Shown piece after piece: positions 22,640-24,000 of a stretch of 24,000 nt of DNA (within the stretch, counting starts at the first letter, position 1; every line of letters starts with the position of its first letter). The notes beneath the pieces were generated by a model. That model was not told the DNA's origin, did no database searches, and saw nothing but the letters and a program-made list of their open reading frames with translations. This stretch comes from Frankiaceae bacterium (GTDB lineage: Bacteria; Actinomycetota; Actinomycetes; BP-191): the NCBI GenBank assembly GCA_030840645.1, contig JAVEEC010000050.1:10846-34845 (forward strand). Direction: 5' to 3'. A program made the translations under genes and the position numbers.

Positions 22640-22691
22640 GCGAGCCGGGCGGGGTGCAGGCGTCGGCGGACCCGCCGGTCGAACGGATTGG

Positions 22692-23855
22692 CTACGACGC
22701 GGGCTCGGTGAGCGCCGCGCGGGGGTCGGCGTTGCCGGGGCCGGCGAGCTTCCACGCGCCGCCCGTCCGCCGCAACGGGTACCAGAGCCCGTCGCGGCCG
22801 AGCCGGAGCTGGCGCGAGTCGGACGCGTCGCTCACCTGGTTGCGCCAGACGTGCGCGCCGCCGCCGAGCACCGCGACCGCCTCGGCGACGTCGGCGTCGT
22901 CCGGCGCCCACGTGTCGTCGAGGATGCCGAGCGCGCCGCGGCCGCCGCGCGCCCACGCCTCGGCGCGGCGCGACAGCATCCGCGCCGGGATGCCGGCGCG
23001 CTTCGCCAGCCGGTCGATCTTCGGCGTGCCGAGCAGGGCCGCGGCGCGCCGCGCGAGGTCCTCGTCGTACGTCAGCGTGAGGCCGCCGTCGCCGGTGCCG
23101 GTGAGCAGGTCGACGGCCCGCGCGGCGGCGTCGGCCGCGAGCGCGGTGAGGTCGGCCAGCGCGACCGAACCCGTTGGGGGAGAGCCGACGAGCAACGTCG
23201 GGCGGCCGGGACGCGACGGCGGCAGCGGCAGGTCGGGGAGCGGCGCGACGGCGCGCGCGTACGCCTCCCGCGCGTCGACGTCGTCGGCGTCCGGCGGCGC
23301 GGCGACGGCGCCGACGGAGCCTCCGGAGCGCCGCGCGCGCAGCGCCGTGAGGATCTCGTCGCGGGTACGGCCGCGCAGCAGCAGCAGCTCGAACGGGTCG
23401 TTGTCCAGCAGGTCGGCGACGAGGAAGCAGACGGCGGCGGCGTGCTTGCACGGGTCGGCGTCGTCGGGGCAGGAGCAGTGCGGCCGCACGTCACCCGCGA
23501 CCGGCAGCAGTGACAGCCCGGCGGCCGCGACGTCGGCGACGAGGGCCGGCGGCAGCTCGCCGTCGAGCAGCGCGGCGGCGTGCGCGATCCGCGACGACAC
23601 GACGTCGAGGACGCGTTCCCACTCCGCGTCGCCGAACGTCCGCAGGGTGACGTTGACGTCGTACGGCGAGGGCCGCGTCCCCGTGACGAGAGCGGTGACG
23701 TGTCCAGGCCCGACGTCCAACGACAGGACGGCACCGCTGCGCGCGTACGCGCGGCCGCGGGCCAGGCGGTTCGAGTCGAGGCCGGCGCGGGTCTCCAGGG
23801 CGTCGATCCACTCGCGGCCCCACCAAGTGGTCCCGAACGGGCGGCGGGTGTTCAC
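22692..23855 (-). CDS. SWIM zinc-finger protein (partner of the upstream SNF2 helicase)
   Basis: GTG at 23855 overlaps the SNF2 stop (GTGA). The N-terminus is NTRRPFGTTWWGREWIDALE. The SWIM motif is PHCSCPDDADPCKHAAAVCF (CxC...CxH). Confidence 0.8.
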   Translation of the reverse strand: MNTRRPFGTTWWGREWIDALETRAGLDSNRLARGRAYARSGAVLSLDVGPGHVTALVTGTRPSPYDVNVTLRTFGDAEWERVLDVVSSRIAHAAALLDGELPPALVADVAAAGLSLLPVAGDVRPHCSCPDDADPCKHAAAVCFLVADLLDNDPFELLLLRGRTRDEILTALRARRSGGSVGAVAAPPDADDVDAREAYARAVAPLPDLPLPPSRPGRPTLLVGSPPTGSVALADLTALAADAAARAVDLLTGTGDGGLTLTYDEDLARRAAALLGTPKIDRLAKRAGIPARMLSRRAEAWARGGRGALGILDDTWAPDDADVAEAVAVLGGGAHVWRNQVSDASDSRQLRLGRDGLWYPLRRTGGAWKLAGPGNADPRAALTEPAS

Positions 23856-24000
23856 GTCAACGTCACCAGCTCGGCCAGCTCGGCGTCGGACAGCTCGGAC
23901 AGCCACGCCTCGCCGGCGCCGACGACGGACTCGGCGAGCGCGCGCTTGCGGTCCATGAGCTCCGCGATCCGGTCCTCCAGCGTGCCCTCCGCCATCAGGC
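23852..24000 (-). CDS. SNF2-family helicase, C-terminal end (5' part outside the window)
   Basis: Minus-strand translation is ...LMAEGTLEDRIAELMDRKRALAESVVGAGEAWLSELSDAELAELVTLT*, a typical tail of actinobacterial SNF2/HelZ-like helicases. The frame is open to the window edge. Confidence 0.7.
   Translation of the reverse strand, partial: LMAEGTLEDRIAELMDRKRALAESVVGAGEAWLSELSDAELAELVTLT

Noticed and set aside
22211-22691. tmRNA, RNase P RNA, SRP RNA, or a HEARO/omega-RNA next to an HNH gene
   Set aside because: I found no GGAAAGTCCGG (RNase P CR-I), no tRNA-like CCA end or tag ORF (tmRNA), and no GGAAGCAGC (SRP helix 8). The adjacent HNH protein lacks RuvC segments, so it is not IscB. The region is kept only as an unclassified structured-RNA candidate.
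22240-23958. 572-aa plus-strand ORF and 392-aa minus-strand ORF (22273..23451) across the SWIM gene and the non-coding gap
   Set aside because: These are Ser/Arg/Pro/Ala junk translations that run through perfect hairpins. The SWIM frame (22692..23855, minus) has the CxC...CxH motif and is coupled to the SNF2 gene.

Overview
High-GC (about 70%) actinobacterial chromosomal window. It carries the conserved housekeeping backbone miaA - dapF - hflX - lexA - LysM gene - nrdR - nrdJ, followed by an alkylation-repair block (ogt, ada-alkA), an SRA-like/HNH nuclease and a coupled SWIM/SNF2 pair. Accessory inserts interrupt the backbone. Between miaA and dapF: an S8 protease with a 15-bp tandem repeat tail, a GNAT, a stand-alone EAL and a degenerate GGDEF. 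Between hflX and lexA: a second S8 protease plus a 48-codon secreted-peptide sORF that is absent from the ORF track. Between the LysM gene and nrdR: two secreted proteins and alkB. The main candidate for a novel system is a 1.3-kb low-GC island (18077-19350, hand-counted 45-48% GC) wedged between nrdJ and ogt. It holds only two translationally coupled genes: a 205-aa DUF5343-like protein, then a 178-aa protein with a canonical HEPN RNxxxH motif. I read this as a candidate two-gene toxin-antitoxin / abortive-infection defence cassette. Second in interest is a 480-nt non-coding gap (22211-22691). It contains a three-way-junction fold whose hairpin loops are both GNRA tetraloops on the minus strand, a 14-bp perfect hairpin, and five same-orientation GTCCAC motifs. 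Many long Arg/Pro/Gly-rich ORFs in the track are antisense or out-of-frame shadows typical of high-GC DNA and were not called. All family assignments come from motif reading by eye; no database search was possible.
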